A stretch of DNA of 55,499 bases from a virus. Its lineage: Duplodnaviria > Caudoviricetes. Each line of letters starts with the position of its first letter. The stretch's first letter is position 1. The position numbers and the translations under genes were made by a program. The notes beneath the pieces are model-generated. The model had not been told where the DNA came from, searched no databases, and worked only from the letters and a program-made list of their open reading frames with translations. Positions 8,777-19,498 of this stretch are shown here, one piece after another. Where the stretch lies: positions 1 to 55,499 of IMG/VR virus record IMGVR_UViG_3300013094_000003; one strand, given 5' to 3'.

Positions 8777-11023
8777 TTATTCTTGATTGCCATTTAAAAC
8801 ATTATATAAAGTTGGTAAATAATTAGGTTTAGTATATTTAACACCATAATCTTTAGTTAATAAATCCCTAGCATAAATAGGATCAGTTAATGCCTTCTCA
8901 AATATTTCATAATTTCGATTTGGGACTGTTATTCCTTTTAAGCGTTGAGGAATAAAAGGAAGTTTTCTAATACCAGGAAGATCACCCCAAGCAGTATAAG
9001 GAGTTAAATTTTCTTCTCCTAAATACTTTTTTACCCTTTGTGTTATTCTCCCTTTTGGCTCTGTTGCCGAACCAAAAGCAGAGTTACCCCTCGCTACTTC
9101 CGCTCTATTTTTCAAGTATTCGTTAATTTGCTTAAATACCCCTAGTTCTTCAGGAGAATAGATAGCATCAAGTTTATGACCTCTTTCCCTTAAAAATTGA
9201 CTAGATTTATCATAAGTCGGTAAATTATGATCAGTAGCCTTTCCAAGGTACATATCCCTAAAATAAGCCTTAGTTAATTTCTCTGCCGGTGTTCCTTTTA
9301 CCTGCTGCATATAATTAACTACACTAGCCTTAGGCGATGCCATGATATTGCGAGGTAAATCATCAACAGGAACTCTATAGGCATCCCATTCATCCTTTGA
9401 TACAAATTTTTTAAGTAGTTTATCTCTATTGATTTTATTAATCTCAGGAGAATGTTCCTTGTAAACTTGTCGATGAGCTAATCCTTCAGGAGTTGCTTCT
9501 AAATCTACTTCTAAAGCTTTTTTCTGTTTGGTAAAATGCCTAATTAGCGAATCATTACCACCCTTTGCAGACCTTTTTAACTCTGTAATATTATTGCCGA
9601 TCTCTGTAATTGCCTTATCAATATGACCTGGACTATAATGTCCGCTTTCTAAAGTAGCAATTTTCTCTTTTAAATCACCAATTTTTGAAATTTTTCCACG
9701 AAAACCAGGCATTAATTCATTTAGTATCTGATCTTTAGCTTGAAAACTTAAACCAGGATATTCCTTTTCTACCTGCGTAATTATTTTATTTACTTCTTTT
9801 TCAAGCTCTGTAAGTTCTGTTTTAGATTTTTCTGCTAGCCTTTTATATTTATCAGGTAACAAAGATTTATTCTTATTTAATCCCTTTTCTATATCGCCAA
9901 GCTCTTTGGCTACAGCTTGCTCCGTATAATTATTTAAATTTTCAGTAGGATATAAATTAGGTGATTCTTCCAGTTTTGCATACAATGGACTTGCTGCTTT
10001 TTCCCTTGCCTTTTCTAGCTTTCCCAGTTTTTTACTAATTACTTCTCTCCCTGCTTCTCCTACTTCTATCTGTGTTGGATTTGACTCACTGCCGATGTTA
10101 TTTAGTTTCCTACGTAAAATCTCATCATTAGCAGTCATTTTACTCTGTATTCCGGTAAAATTTGGAGCATAAGCATTATGTAAATTTGATATATCATTAT
10201 GTAAAGCTACTTCTGCCGTAACAGGAATAACATCAAGGCCCTCAGGATTAAAGTTCATTAAGTTATCAAGCCCTTTTTCTTTAGTAGTATCCTTAAATAA
10301 AGCACTAACCTTTTTTTCTCCTCTTTTAATTGGATTAAAATGGTCTCTCAATGCACTATTAGTTCTAGAAACGCCCCGTCTTCCCGCATAAGTAGTAAGA
10401 TCGGCAACTATTGGATTAACACCTCCATATTCTTGTAGCAATCCACTTCCAAGCCCTGTTGCTCCTTCAATAGCCATATTTGCAAGTTTTGCTTTCTTTG
10501 CCCACGCCCCAGGAACTGCAAAATCTATACCATGACCTATCATCCCTTGTATTTGATCTGGTGCTTCTGCATCTAAATTAAATCCAGCTTCCTTAAATAT
10601 TGGTCTAGTAATACGATTGGAGGGACGACCAATATTTTCTTCGCTAAAATAATCAGGTTTTTGGCTAAATTCTCTAAACTTCCGAGACCAATCATTCTTA
10701 TCTTCTTCATCATTTCCAATAATGCTATGATCAAATACGTCAATAGGGTTTTGTTCTTCATAGTCTGCTAATTTTCCTGCTATCCATTTTGCTCCTCTTT
10801 CTCCTGCATATGCAAGATCATGTGCTAAATCAATAGGGTATCTTGAAATTACATCTGCGGTCTTGTTTACTAAATAAGGATACTCATCATTATCTACAGC
10901 TTCTCTTTCATATTCGTTAGGAGTTGATATTTCATATTTTGAGAGATCAAATTTTTTAACAATAGGTATCTCATTTTCTTGAGGATTCTGAATTTTATAT
11001 TTAGAAAGATCAAATTTTGCCAT
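8777..11023 (-). CDS. Putative ejection / DNA-transfer protein
   Basis: Large helical protein in an operon with other ejectosome-like genes; KFDLSKY repeated at the N-terminus. Confidence 0.55.
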   Translation of the reverse strand: MAKFDLSKYKIQNPQENEIPIVKKFDLSKYEISTPNEYEREAVDNDEYPYLVNKTADVISRYPIDLAHDLAYAGERGAKWIAGKLADYEEQNPIDVFDHSIIGNDEEDKNDWSRKFREFSQKPDYFSEENIGRPSNRITRPIFKEAGFNLDAEAPDQIQGMIGHGIDFAVPGAWAKKAKLANMAIEGATGLGSGLLQEYGGVNPIVADLTTYAGRRGVSRTNSALRDHFNPIKRGEKKVSALFKDTTKEKGLDNLMNFNPEGLDVIPVTAEVALHNDISNLHNAYAPNFTGIQSKMTANDEILRRKLNNIGSESNPTQIEVGEAGREVISKKLGKLEKAREKAASPLYAKLEESPNLYPTENLNNYTEQAVAKELGDIEKGLNKNKSLLPDKYKRLAEKSKTELTELEKEVNKIITQVEKEYPGLSFQAKDQILNELMPGFRGKISKIGDLKEKIATLESGHYSPGHIDKAITEIGNNITELKRSAKGGNDSLIRHFTKQKKALEVDLEATPEGLAHRQVYKEHSPEINKINRDKLLKKFVSKDEWDAYRVPVDDLPRNIMASPKASVVNYMQQVKGTPAEKLTKAYFRDMYLGKATDHNLPTYDKSSQFLRERGHKLDAIYSPEELGVFKQINEYLKNRAEVARGNSAFGSATEPKGRITQRVKKYLGEENLTPYTAWGDLPGIRKLPFIPQRLKGITVPNRNYEIFEKALTDPIYARDLLTKDYGVKYTKPNYLPTLYNVLNGNQE

Positions 11024-11024
11024 T

Positions 11025-11984
11025 CTATTTCCTAATTAAATTTGGATGATCTTTCATAGCTAGCTCTACTTCATCAGCAGGAACACCAAAATATTGATTG
11101 GTATTAGGATCGTATAATCTCACTTTAGGCGTATCATTTTTATTTGTTTCTCTCGAATCTAGTCCTGCTTCTTCTGCGTCTCTAAGCATGATTTTCTGCA
11201 TTTTCTGCAATATAGCTAAATTATTTTCATCTGATTTGTATGGTGAGATATGCGGTAGTGATTCAAATTCAACTTGATTGGTATAATTCATTAACTTATT
11301 AGAATAACCCGCTAGCAATGAACCTAAAGTCTCTATTTCCTCCTGTTCAGGTGTAAATTGTGTTAACCCAACGCCCTTTGAAAATCTTTTAATCAACCCT
11401 GCTTCTCCTTTAGAATCCACGCCTGTAGCTTTGGCTAAAGCCTGATTTTTATTAATAGTAGTTACTGCATCATCAATTGTACGTTTTAGTCCTTCCAATC
11501 CTAATTTGTGTTTTTTATCAAAAGGAGTTTCTTTTTTCTCTGTAGCTTTTGCAAATTTTGCCAATAAAGAGTTATTATGATACCTCTTCTTCTCCTCCAA
11601 TGCCCTCTCCTGGAATTTATGATTCCAGGCTTTTTCTTCTCTAGCATTTTCTAACGCTTCTTGTGCTCTTTGATGTTGTAGAATTTGATTTGCTAGCTCA
11701 TTATTTTCTTGGATTGCAGTTTTTTTCTGATCACTAAAAGTTTTTAAAGCAGGAGTAAGTATACGCCCGAGAACCCCTAAATTATTATTAAAACCACGCT
11801 GGACAGGTTCTTTTGATAAAGCTTCACTCATAGTTAATATTGCATTATGTATCGAATCAAAATATTGCTGACGTGATGGTTCAAAACTATTTCTTGATTG
11901 ACCTACGGCTTTTGCTATCCCTTCATCAAAAGGATTTCTTCTCTCTGGGAGATTCTGTACCTGATTTAATATTTCTTCTTCCAT
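11025..11984 (-). CDS. Putative ejection protein
   Basis: Coiled-coil; C-terminal G-V-P-A-D-E-V..A motif; operon context. Confidence 0.5.
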   Translation of the reverse strand: MEEEILNQVQNLPERRNPFDEGIAKAVGQSRNSFEPSRQQYFDSIHNAILTMSEALSKEPVQRGFNNNLGVLGRILTPALKTFSDQKKTAIQENNELANQILQHQRAQEALENAREEKAWNHKFQERALEEKKRYHNNSLLAKFAKATEKKETPFDKKHKLGLEGLKRTIDDAVTTINKNQALAKATGVDSKGEAGLIKRFSKGVGLTQFTPEQEEIETLGSLLAGYSNKLMNYTNQVEFESLPHISPYKSDENNLAILQKMQKIMLRDAEEAGLDSRETNKNDTPKVRLYDPNTNQYFGVPADEVELAMKDHPNLIRK

Positions 11985-11997
11985 AATTTATATATCT

Positions 11998-14316
11998 TTA
12001 AATTGCTTTATACGGTCTAGCTTGAAAACTATAACCATCTACTATATTTTGCCCATATCTTCTAACCGGCATTATATTTTTTAAATTTGGATCGTTTATG
12101 TAATAACCTGGATCGTTACTAAAGTTCTGTTTCCAGAGATGCAGAATGCTGTTATCCATTCCATATACTCCGTTTTTCTTATATATGTTAGCATTTTCAG
12201 GATTAGCTCTCATATTATTCTGATAATTATTATACCAAGCTTGTTTTTCAGCTATTAATCTTTGCTTTTCATTTTGCTCATGAATTTGAGCGAGCTGCTC
12301 ATTATATTTTTTTTTATATTCCTTTTCTTGATTCTGTAAAATTATTCTTTGAGCTTCTAGGTTTCCTTTGTTTTCTTTTGGTACTGGAACATTTATTTGT
12401 TGCAAGTTATTTAAAGATACAGAATCTGGAAACATATTAGGATTATTAAAAACATAAGGTTTAGCTAATGTTGTTTGATGTGTTAGATCGTGCATGCCCG
12501 GTACTCCTATATATTTAGGATTATTAATAATCTCTTCAGGAGTTTGATTAGGAAAATAGCTTTTCCATTCAGCATTTAAATTTTTCCCCGTTTTCTTAAC
12601 TGTATTTACATAATTATTATACCATTGTTGTTTTTTGGCTCTTAATTCATCTAATGCTTGCTTTCTTTTATTTTCTTCAGCTATCTTCAAAACCATCTGC
12701 CTTTCCTGCTCTTTACGTCTTGCCTCATCTTTTTTCCTTTTTTGCAGCTTAATATTCTCAAAATCAGCATAATTCTTGATACCTCCCATATCCTGATTTA
12801 GGTTGCTCTCAAGCTCCGTCTCACTATGACTGACAGGTACAGTTTGCGCATATTGTGCCAAAGCATGAATATTAGGCCTTAAAGACGGCGTATAAACAGA
12901 GGGGTTACTACTAACATTGGGATTGGCAAAAATACTGCTAATTTCTGGGCTTACATTGTATTTGACAATATCGCTACCCGAACCTTGTGGCCATTCCTGA
13001 TTTCTTTGTTCTTCAAAACTCTCCCGCCTCTGATTTAACTCATCTTGCGTATTTAGCCATTTATCTACTCCGAGCTGGTTCATTCCGCTAATCTTGCCAA
13101 GTACGTCCTGATATTCAGATAATCCTTGCTGACCTAAACTATTTAACTGGTTTAAATCATTCATGTCGCCTTTATTTAAACTGCTCATTCTTCCACGAAG
13201 TACATCCTGCAACAGGTTGTTTCTATTACCAAAACGATTTTTAGCGATTCTATTAATAGCATCCTCGGTTTGTGATAAATGTGATTGTGATCCATAAGTA
13301 CCTTTTCGCTCATGATCCATGCTGATTCTAGCTTTTTCGGCCTTTAAAAGACGTTTTGTATCTTCATCAAGCCTATCTACTTGTGGATCATAAATTGTAG
13401 GTAAATCGTTAATACTGCGTGTTCCGACATTCTCTCGCCCCATTAACGAGCCATAAAGCTTATCTCTTTCTTCTCTTGAGGAATCATTATAATCATGACT
13501 TAAATCCCCTAGCAGGCGATGCGATACCGATAAATCTTCTGGTACATTAGCTAGTTGCTGACCGCTATAACTGGGAGTAGGGCTATTATAAAGATTTAGC
13601 CCTTTTTCAAGCACTTTAATTGCTGCTGCCTCACCATAAGGTCCCATGTCATCAGGATTACTCCCGCTATTTACTATATTGTACAAAGCCTTCATCTTTT
13701 GTTTTGGGGCGTTTAATTCTTCATAAAACCTATTTTTATCTACCGAATTTGCTAGATGTGAATATATATGCTGCTGATTGCCAAATTGTCCCAGCATATT
13801 AGTAAGTCCCGCTCTCTTTGCTTTTTCTGCGTTACCAAGTGCATTTAAATTATTTCCGAGTCCTTGATTAAATTCAGAGTCAAAGCTTTGTGCATCTTGA
13901 CTCAGTGCATCTATACCAACACGAGATAAATCAAGACCTTTATTTAAGGTCTTGTTAAATTTATTATAAAAAGCAGGTTGTCTGTTGTTAACTTGATTAC
14001 CAAACTGTTTTCCCATCAACCTCCATCCGGTATTACCCACCCCTCTTTGACCTGATGAGAGTATATCTAATAAAGAGGTTTTTTGCCCCTCATTAAAACC
14101 TTGTGGAGTTCTATTAAAAACGCTGTTTGCTTCCACAGAATAAGGAGCTGGAGCGTTATTAAACCTATCCTCTAATTCCCTTTTCTTCTGCGTTAAAACA
14201 GACATTGGCACACTGGTCTTTCCCCTATATACAGGAGTGGGGTTACTTACCATTCGCCCTACATCACGATTCATAATCCCAAGTGCCTGTTCTCTTAGGT
14301 CATTTAAGTTTTTCAT
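11998..14316 (-). CDS. Putative ejection / DNA-transfer protein
   Basis: Q/N/G-rich helical protein; duplicated KQ.WYNNY segment at the C-terminus. Confidence 0.55.
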   Translation of the reverse strand: MKNLNDLREQALGIMNRDVGRMVSNPTPVYRGKTSVPMSVLTQKKRELEDRFNNAPAPYSVEANSVFNRTPQGFNEGQKTSLLDILSSGQRGVGNTGWRLMGKQFGNQVNNRQPAFYNKFNKTLNKGLDLSRVGIDALSQDAQSFDSEFNQGLGNNLNALGNAEKAKRAGLTNMLGQFGNQQHIYSHLANSVDKNRFYEELNAPKQKMKALYNIVNSGSNPDDMGPYGEAAAIKVLEKGLNLYNSPTPSYSGQQLANVPEDLSVSHRLLGDLSHDYNDSSREERDKLYGSLMGRENVGTRSINDLPTIYDPQVDRLDEDTKRLLKAEKARISMDHERKGTYGSQSHLSQTEDAINRIAKNRFGNRNNLLQDVLRGRMSSLNKGDMNDLNQLNSLGQQGLSEYQDVLGKISGMNQLGVDKWLNTQDELNQRRESFEEQRNQEWPQGSGSDIVKYNVSPEISSIFANPNVSSNPSVYTPSLRPNIHALAQYAQTVPVSHSETELESNLNQDMGGIKNYADFENIKLQKRKKDEARRKEQERQMVLKIAEENKRKQALDELRAKKQQWYNNYVNTVKKTGKNLNAEWKSYFPNQTPEEIINNPKYIGVPGMHDLTHQTTLAKPYVFNNPNMFPDSVSLNNLQQINVPVPKENKGNLEAQRIILQNQEKEYKKKYNEQLAQIHEQNEKQRLIAEKQAWYNNYQNNMRANPENANIYKKNGVYGMDNSILHLWKQNFSNDPGYYINDPNLKNIMPVRRYGQNIVDGYSFQARPYKAI

Positions 14317-14317
14317 G

Positions 14318-16240
14318 CTAACCCATTAAATAATTTTGTAAAGATTTTGCCTTAGGTGGTAATGTAACTTGCCCCCCTCTCTTGTGTTTGCGAAGATTTT
14401 CTCTAAAAACATCAAGTTTACGTGCTCCAGCTGCATTATTACCATCCCCTAAATCAGACACTGTTGATGCATCAAATACATATTCTCCATCGCTAAGTCT
14501 TGCATTAATTAAATCATCCTGACCACCGCTATTACCTTTCAAATAACCTATAGGACTTCTAGGGTAATAGGTTTCTTCCATCAGATAAGCATAAGGACTA
14601 TGAGCACTACCGCCGCCTTTCATTCTAACCGGCCTACCTTCTTCATCCTCATACTCAAGCCAACGACCGGTTCTTGCAAACTCTTCTGGTGATAAAACTC
14701 GTCTCCGAACAGAACCCATGTTCTTTATATCTTCTTCTAGTTCCTTTTCTTTTTTCTTTTTTTTCCTTTTTTCCTTTTCCTCTTCAAGTTTTTCTTTTTC
14801 TTCTTCACGTGCTTTTTCTATTTTTGCATCTTCTAGAACTTCTGCTATTGTTTGACGAGAGGCGTTTTTATATCTTCTTTCTTCGTCTGCTTTTTGTTCG
14901 GGAGTTTTTTCCTTTGGGCGGTTTTTATAATTTAAATACAGAGTTCCTAAACCCAATAATTTTTCTGGTTCCGATAAATAATCCATTGTATTATCGGCTA
15001 GTTTTTCCCAAAAACCTCTATCATCCTTATATTTATTTTTCTTTGTAGAATAAGTATTAATATGATTATTATAATAATTGTTATAGTAATTTCTTTCACG
15101 AGCCTTATATTTAGCTTTTTCTTCATCTCCTGCACTGATACCTACGTTTGGTGGTAAAAAGTTATAAGTTTGCGGTAGAGTTCTATTATTATCTGTATTA
15201 ACAGGTTTATAATTCAAGATACCATTTTCAACAGTATCATAAGGAGTTTGAGGCTCATATCTATTGGAAGGTTGAGGATTTAAAAGTTTATTTTCAATAA
15301 TTTTATAAGGAGTTTGAGGTTTATAATCTATTGGTTTATTTAAACTCGTCTCAACAGCTCTATAAGAATTTATAGGCTTATATTCTTGTATTGGTTTATA
15401 ACTATTTAAAGTTATTTGAGGGTTATAGCCATTGGTAAATGGAGAAGAATAATTTAAATTATTTTGAAAGGAAAATTGAGAATTTGCTCCGGAATATCCC
15501 TGTCTAAATGGAGCAGAGGATGTACCTCCCGGAGCAAATTCTCTAAGTCCGGTAGCAGGATTTATCGTACCACTACCTCCTAAACTCTTTAATATGTGAG
15601 CTTCAATAGGATTAATATGGGCAAGCTCAGTATCGCCGTTTCTTCCGTGTCTTCGAATCAGATCGGCAAGTTTTGGTAAGTCCTCATCACCGACAGAGCC
15701 ACCTCTTTTAAATGAAGATTGTATTGGCTTATTATTAGTCATTCCATGAGCTTTTTCATAAAAATAACCTGGACTATCGTTAAATTGGTAATTTTTAAAA
15801 ATATTTTCAACAAACCTTTCTACTTGATTTTTTTCTGCTTCATTCAAATTTAAACTATTACCAATCTCAGTAAATTTGTTTATCAACGTTGGTTCGTCTA
15901 ACTTGCCATTATTTGCATTTAGTGCTTCATTAATGACCATTTGCGATAATTCTTTAGCTTTATTTACTATATCGCTTCTAACAGCTTCTTCTTCACCAAT
16001 AACATCTACTAAGCGTGGAAAGTTAGAATTTCCTTTTTCTACCGCTCCACCTTCTCTAAAAGAATATTGTTGTCCGTCGGTATCGTAAGCATTCCCATAA
16101 GACATATAAGGATCATCATAACCTCCATCTTCATAATGAGAATCAGGCATTTGATTGTCTTGATAAGGGTTTGAATTGTAAGGCTCGGAAGTATTATATG
16201 GAGTGTTATAAGTATTTAAATATGGATCGTAATTTTGCAT
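14318..16240 (-). CDS. Internal virion protein with repeated F/Y-x-x-G-G motifs
   Basis: GRNGDTELAHINP.E...L..LGGSGTINPATGLREF and GGQDD.I.A.LSDGEYV motifs recurrent in podovirus internal proteins. Confidence 0.65.
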   Translation of the reverse strand: MQNYDPYLNTYNTPYNTSEPYNSNPYQDNQMPDSHYEDGGYDDPYMSYGNAYDTDGQQYSFREGGAVEKGNSNFPRLVDVIGEEEAVRSDIVNKAKELSQMVINEALNANNGKLDEPTLINKFTEIGNSLNLNEAEKNQVERFVENIFKNYQFNDSPGYFYEKAHGMTNNKPIQSSFKRGGSVGDEDLPKLADLIRRHGRNGDTELAHINPIEAHILKSLGGSGTINPATGLREFAPGGTSSAPFRQGYSGANSQFSFQNNLNYSSPFTNGYNPQITLNSYKPIQEYKPINSYRAVETSLNKPIDYKPQTPYKIIENKLLNPQPSNRYEPQTPYDTVENGILNYKPVNTDNNRTLPQTYNFLPPNVGISAGDEEKAKYKARERNYYNNYYNNHINTYSTKKNKYKDDRGFWEKLADNTMDYLSEPEKLLGLGTLYLNYKNRPKEKTPEQKADEERRYKNASRQTIAEVLEDAKIEKAREEEKEKLEEEKEKRKKKKKEKELEEDIKNMGSVRRRVLSPEEFARTGRWLEYEDEEGRPVRMKGGGSAHSPYAYLMEETYYPRSPIGYLKGNSGGQDDLINARLSDGEYVFDASTVSDLGDGNNAAGARKLDVFRENLRKHKRGGQVTLPPKAKSLQNYLMG

Positions 16241-16341
16241 CTTGTTTTCCTAAGCTATAATAAAAATAAAAGCTTTATTTCCATTATATCATAAACAATT
16301 TTAATCCATGTTTTTTCGTTATTTTAGTTAGTCATGTTTTC

Positions 16342-16995
16342 TTAAGCTACTTCTTTCTTTTTGCAAAGGGTAAAATATTGATCTACATATTGCTTAATTT
16401 TAATAATACTTTCATCTAATACTTGTCCAATTTTCTTTTGCATTTCTTCATCCCGTAGTACTCTATAGATAAATATTTCCATATCGTTTACTGCATGTTG
16501 CGGATTATAAAGCACATAATCACACCAACTACGACCACAAACATACATATTAAATTGCATTTGTATATAATAATCATTTGGTATAGCTTTTAAACCTTCT
16601 GAAGATATTTGAAGCAACTGCCGGAAATAGTTGTTTGAGTCAGGTACTTTAATTTCTATAAGGCCGTCTTCATCAATTAAGCCATCTGGAGAACAGGCAA
16701 GGTAATCATCTACTATTACTATGCCAACCTCTTTTACAACAGAAAAAGTTTCTATTAGATATTTTGTTTTTGCTATATCTTCAAAATTTAATCCTCTTTG
16801 TATATGAATATTACTAAAACTATCCCCATCAGATTTACAGTGTGTTACTATTTCATTAGCTCTGTCATAACAATATTTGTCCTTAGCAGCTTCAGTGCCA
16901 AGTAACTTGCTAAAACATGAACCGGTAATCTTGCCTAGTCTAAGGTTATGCCATTCATCACTACACTGCTTGATATCAGTTCTGATCTGCAACAT
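16342..16995 (-). CDS. YqaJ / lambda-exonuclease family recombination nuclease (start reassigned to 16995)
   Basis: Q.SDEW...RLGKITGS, ACSPDGL, IEIKVP, YYIQMQ; aaggt RBS before ATG 16995. Confidence 0.9.
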   Translation of the reverse strand: MLQIRTDIKQCSDEWHNLRLGKITGSCFSKLLGTEAAKDKYCYDRANEIVTHCKSDGDSFSNIHIQRGLNFEDIAKTKYLIETFSVVKEVGIVIVDDYLACSPDGLIDEDGLIEIKVPDSNNYFRQLLQISSEGLKAIPNDYYIQMQFNMYVCGRSWCDYVLYNPQHAVNDMEIFIYRVLRDEEMQKKIGQVLDESIIKIKQYVDQYFTLCKKKEVA

Positions 16996-16997
16996 AA

Positions 16998-17264
16998 TTA
17001 CCTTTCTTTTGTATAATTTAAGATTTTTTCTGTTAATAATTCCAAATATTCTATGTCGCAAATTCTAGCTAAATTTAAAATAAAAATTAGTTCTAGAATT
17101 AGTATAGATATAGAACTACCCCATTCATGAAAATTACTAAAAACCATCATGTCTACTACAATAATTAAAACAAAAACAAGGTAGAAAAAAATAGTTTTTA
17201 TCTTTTTCCAATAAGATGGCTTTTCTTCAAGATAATCTTCATCTTCAAAATGAAACTCAGTCAT
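16998..17264 (-). CDS. Two-TM membrane protein, candidate toxin partner of the Panacea antitoxin
   Basis: Two hydrophobic stretches; overlaps the upstream Panacea gene. Confidence 0.55.
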   Translation of the reverse strand: MTEFHFEDEDYLEEKPSYWKKIKTIFFYLVFVLIIVVDMMVFSNFHEWGSSISILILELIFILNLARICDIEYLELLTEKILNYTKER

Positions 17265-17715
17265 ACTTTTTATAAAATTTATTGTATTCTTCTAAAATAT
17301 CGGACTCTTTAATAACAGAATATAATTGATTCTTTTGAGCTTTATCCCAAGCACCATCTTTTATATGAGTCATATCTACTAATTCACCCGCTGTTTTTTG
17401 CGCTAGTTTTTGATAAATATCAGCTAAAAACAAAGCTTCTTCTTTATATAATAAATTATCTTCCTCTATAGTCTTTATTCCATAGAAAACATTTAAAACA
17501 GGGCGGTTTTTAAAAATTTTAACACGTTGATACACATCCGGAGACACAGGCCCTAATTTCCATGCTTCAAATGGTCTTGAAATAAGAGGTTTACCTTTTC
17601 TACCTAAATAAAATAAATGGGATAAATACATAAGTTTTTGTAATTGAAGATTACTAATATTCCAATTACTTAATGAACATAATTTTTTTGCTGTTTTAAA
17701 TGAACTAATAGCCAT
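17257..17715 (-). CDS. Panacea-domain (DUF4065/GepA/SocA-like) antitoxin
   Basis: SNLQLQKLMY, FEAWKLGPV.PDVY, LVDMTH..GAW. Confidence 0.9.
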   Translation of the reverse strand: MAISSFKTAKKLCSLSNWNISNLQLQKLMYLSHLFYLGRKGKPLISRPFEAWKLGPVSPDVYQRVKIFKNRPVLNVFYGIKTIEEDNLLYKEEALFLADIYQKLAQKTAGELVDMTHIKDGAWDKAQKNQLYSVIKESDILEEYNKFYKKYD

Positions 17716-17729
17716 AAATCACATCTAAT

Positions 17730-18344
17730 TTAATTATTGATTTTTAAACTAGCATCTAAAAATTGCTTTTTCAATAGTTCAAAGTTAGCTATCCCACTTT
17801 TGACAGTTTCAATATTACTGCTGTCTATATTATGAAATTTAGTAAATTCTTTGATATTTACCCGATTATTATTACAAAGATTCATTAGTTCACTAATGAG
17901 GTCTTTACTTTCTTCTTCTTTTTTGAACTTTGGCACACTGTTGCCATCGTCATCTTCTTGAGTAAGGCCTATTATGGCAGATAAAGCATAACGTCTGGCA
18001 TAAGTAATTCCTGCTCCTATTTGTTGGAGTGAATTACATTGTTTCATTACGACGTTTTCTATGCCAAAAATAGATTTTAACCACTGGCCTGATTCATGAA
18101 TTAACAAAGTAACAAGAACCTGCTTATTATCTTTATCTTGAGTAACTAATTGTGAAATTGACAATCCATTATCAGCAAGAGGTTTCTTTACAGCTTGCAA
18201 ACAACTAGCAAGATCAGCATACTTATAACCATAAGCTTGTTTATCCTTGCTAACGTTTTCAATAAGTGATTGTGCCTTACTTAGTGCTATAGCTAAGGCA
18301 TCTATCTTTTCGCTCATTAAGTGTTCGTTCTGATTGTTTTCCAT
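17730..18344 (-). CDS. erf: ERF-family single-strand annealing protein
   Basis: YKYADL, LIHESGQW, Q.IGAGITYARRYALSAIIGL..EDDDG. Confidence 0.93.
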   Translation of the reverse strand: MENNQNEHLMSEKIDALAIALSKAQSLIENVSKDKQAYGYKYADLASCLQAVKKPLADNGLSISQLVTQDKDNKQVLVTLLIHESGQWLKSIFGIENVVMKQCNSLQQIGAGITYARRYALSAIIGLTQEDDDGNSVPKFKKEEESKDLISELMNLCNNNRVNIKEFTKFHNIDSSNIETVKSGIANFELLKKQFLDASLKINN

Positions 18345-18431
18345 ACTAATATCCGTATTTATGTATATTATTATTTACTAGTTTTAATATTTATTAATTT
18401 TAATATATTATAATTTATGTATATTCGTATT

Positions 18432-18680
18432 TTATAAATATTTTTTTAAAGCTTCAAAATTTTTTAATGTTTCTTTTTCAATTATAAGAAGATTATGTTT
18501 ATTAAATGCCTTAATCAATTGTAATAATAAATTACAATAAGTTTTAGGAACTACTACCCATTCATTATTGGTTTGAGACTTAACCCACATTGACAATTCG
18601 TGCGTATTCACACCATCAATTTTAGTAAATAACAACCTCATAAATTCTTCTTTCGGAATAAAGCGATCTTTTATAGCCAT
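18432..18680 (-). CDS. Hypothetical protein, paralogue of 27182..27427
   Basis: THELSMWVKSQTNNEWVVVP. Confidence 0.75.
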   Translation of the reverse strand: MAIKDRFIPKEEFMRLLFTKIDGVNTHELSMWVKSQTNNEWVVVPKTYCNLLLQLIKAFNKHNLLIIEKETLKNFEALKKYL

Positions 18681-18681
18681 A

Positions 18682-19365
18682 TTAAACCTCTACTCCTCTA
18701 GTTAACGAAAAGTAAGACCGCAATTCCTGATTGGCCGTGTAAGCATTATGCTCGGCGTCCTCTATTGCTTGCTCTAATCCTAGCAGGTCATATTCGGAAC
18801 TATCCCAATCAACACAGTGGTTTTTTGCTTTCTCAAGTAGAAACTCGTATTTATCAATATCAACCATTAGCTGGTAATAATTATCGCCGTAAGTTTGATG
18901 CGGAATGTTATAAAGGTTAGCCCGCTCTATTTGATCTTCCATAAACGCCTCTCTAGCTCTTGCTCCAATTCTAGCAAATGTATTCCTAGCAGAGTCGGAT
19001 AGTTCTACACCTTGCGTTTTAGCCTCATGAAACTTAGGCGTTTCTGTTATATTAGCAGGTAAATGATCTATTATTTTTTCTAGATTTTCCTGAGCCCGGT
19101 TTCTTTCTTCAAAAATTCTTATAGCCTCCTTCTTGGATTCTAAATTTTTTAGAACTTGTAAAGCTTCCTTTGGTGAGATCAACATTTGCCTCAAAGCTTC
19201 CTTAGCCTTGGCAACGCATGTATCTTCTAAACTCGGCATGGTAGATTCTAATAACTCATGGCTTGATTCTATTATACCATAATTTACTAGATTATTGATT
19301 TTATCGTGATTTTTTTCTCTAGAAAAACTACCTTGACATAAAGGTAGGGTTAAGATATTTTGCAT
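18682..19365 (-). CDS. Hypothetical helical protein, first gene of the leftward early operon
   Basis: ORF downstream of a consensus promoter. Confidence 0.7.
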   Translation of the reverse strand: MQNILTLPLCQGSFSREKNHDKINNLVNYGIIESSHELLESTMPSLEDTCVAKAKEALRQMLISPKEALQVLKNLESKKEAIRIFEERNRAQENLEKIIDHLPANITETPKFHEAKTQGVELSDSARNTFARIGARAREAFMEDQIERANLYNIPHQTYGDNYYQLMVDIDKYEFLLEKAKNHCVDWDSSEYDLLGLEQAIEDAEHNAYTANQELRSYFSLTRGVEV

Positions 19366-19367
19366 AT

Positions 19368-19483
19368 ATCAATCTCATTTTTATGTTGATAAAAAGTAAG
19401 AATTGTTGGTCTCAAAATTTATAATTCTTACCACTCATAAGGTTCTTAAAACGTCTTAAGTTTGCATCTTAAGGCGTTTTTTT
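19368..19483 (+). ncRNA. Putative antisense RNA to the early-operon leader
   Basis: TTGACA(19333)-17-TATTTT promoter; two hairpins with G-U pairs on the + strand; ends in a T-run. Confidence 0.55.
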
Positions 19484-19498
19484 ATGCCTTATGATGTG

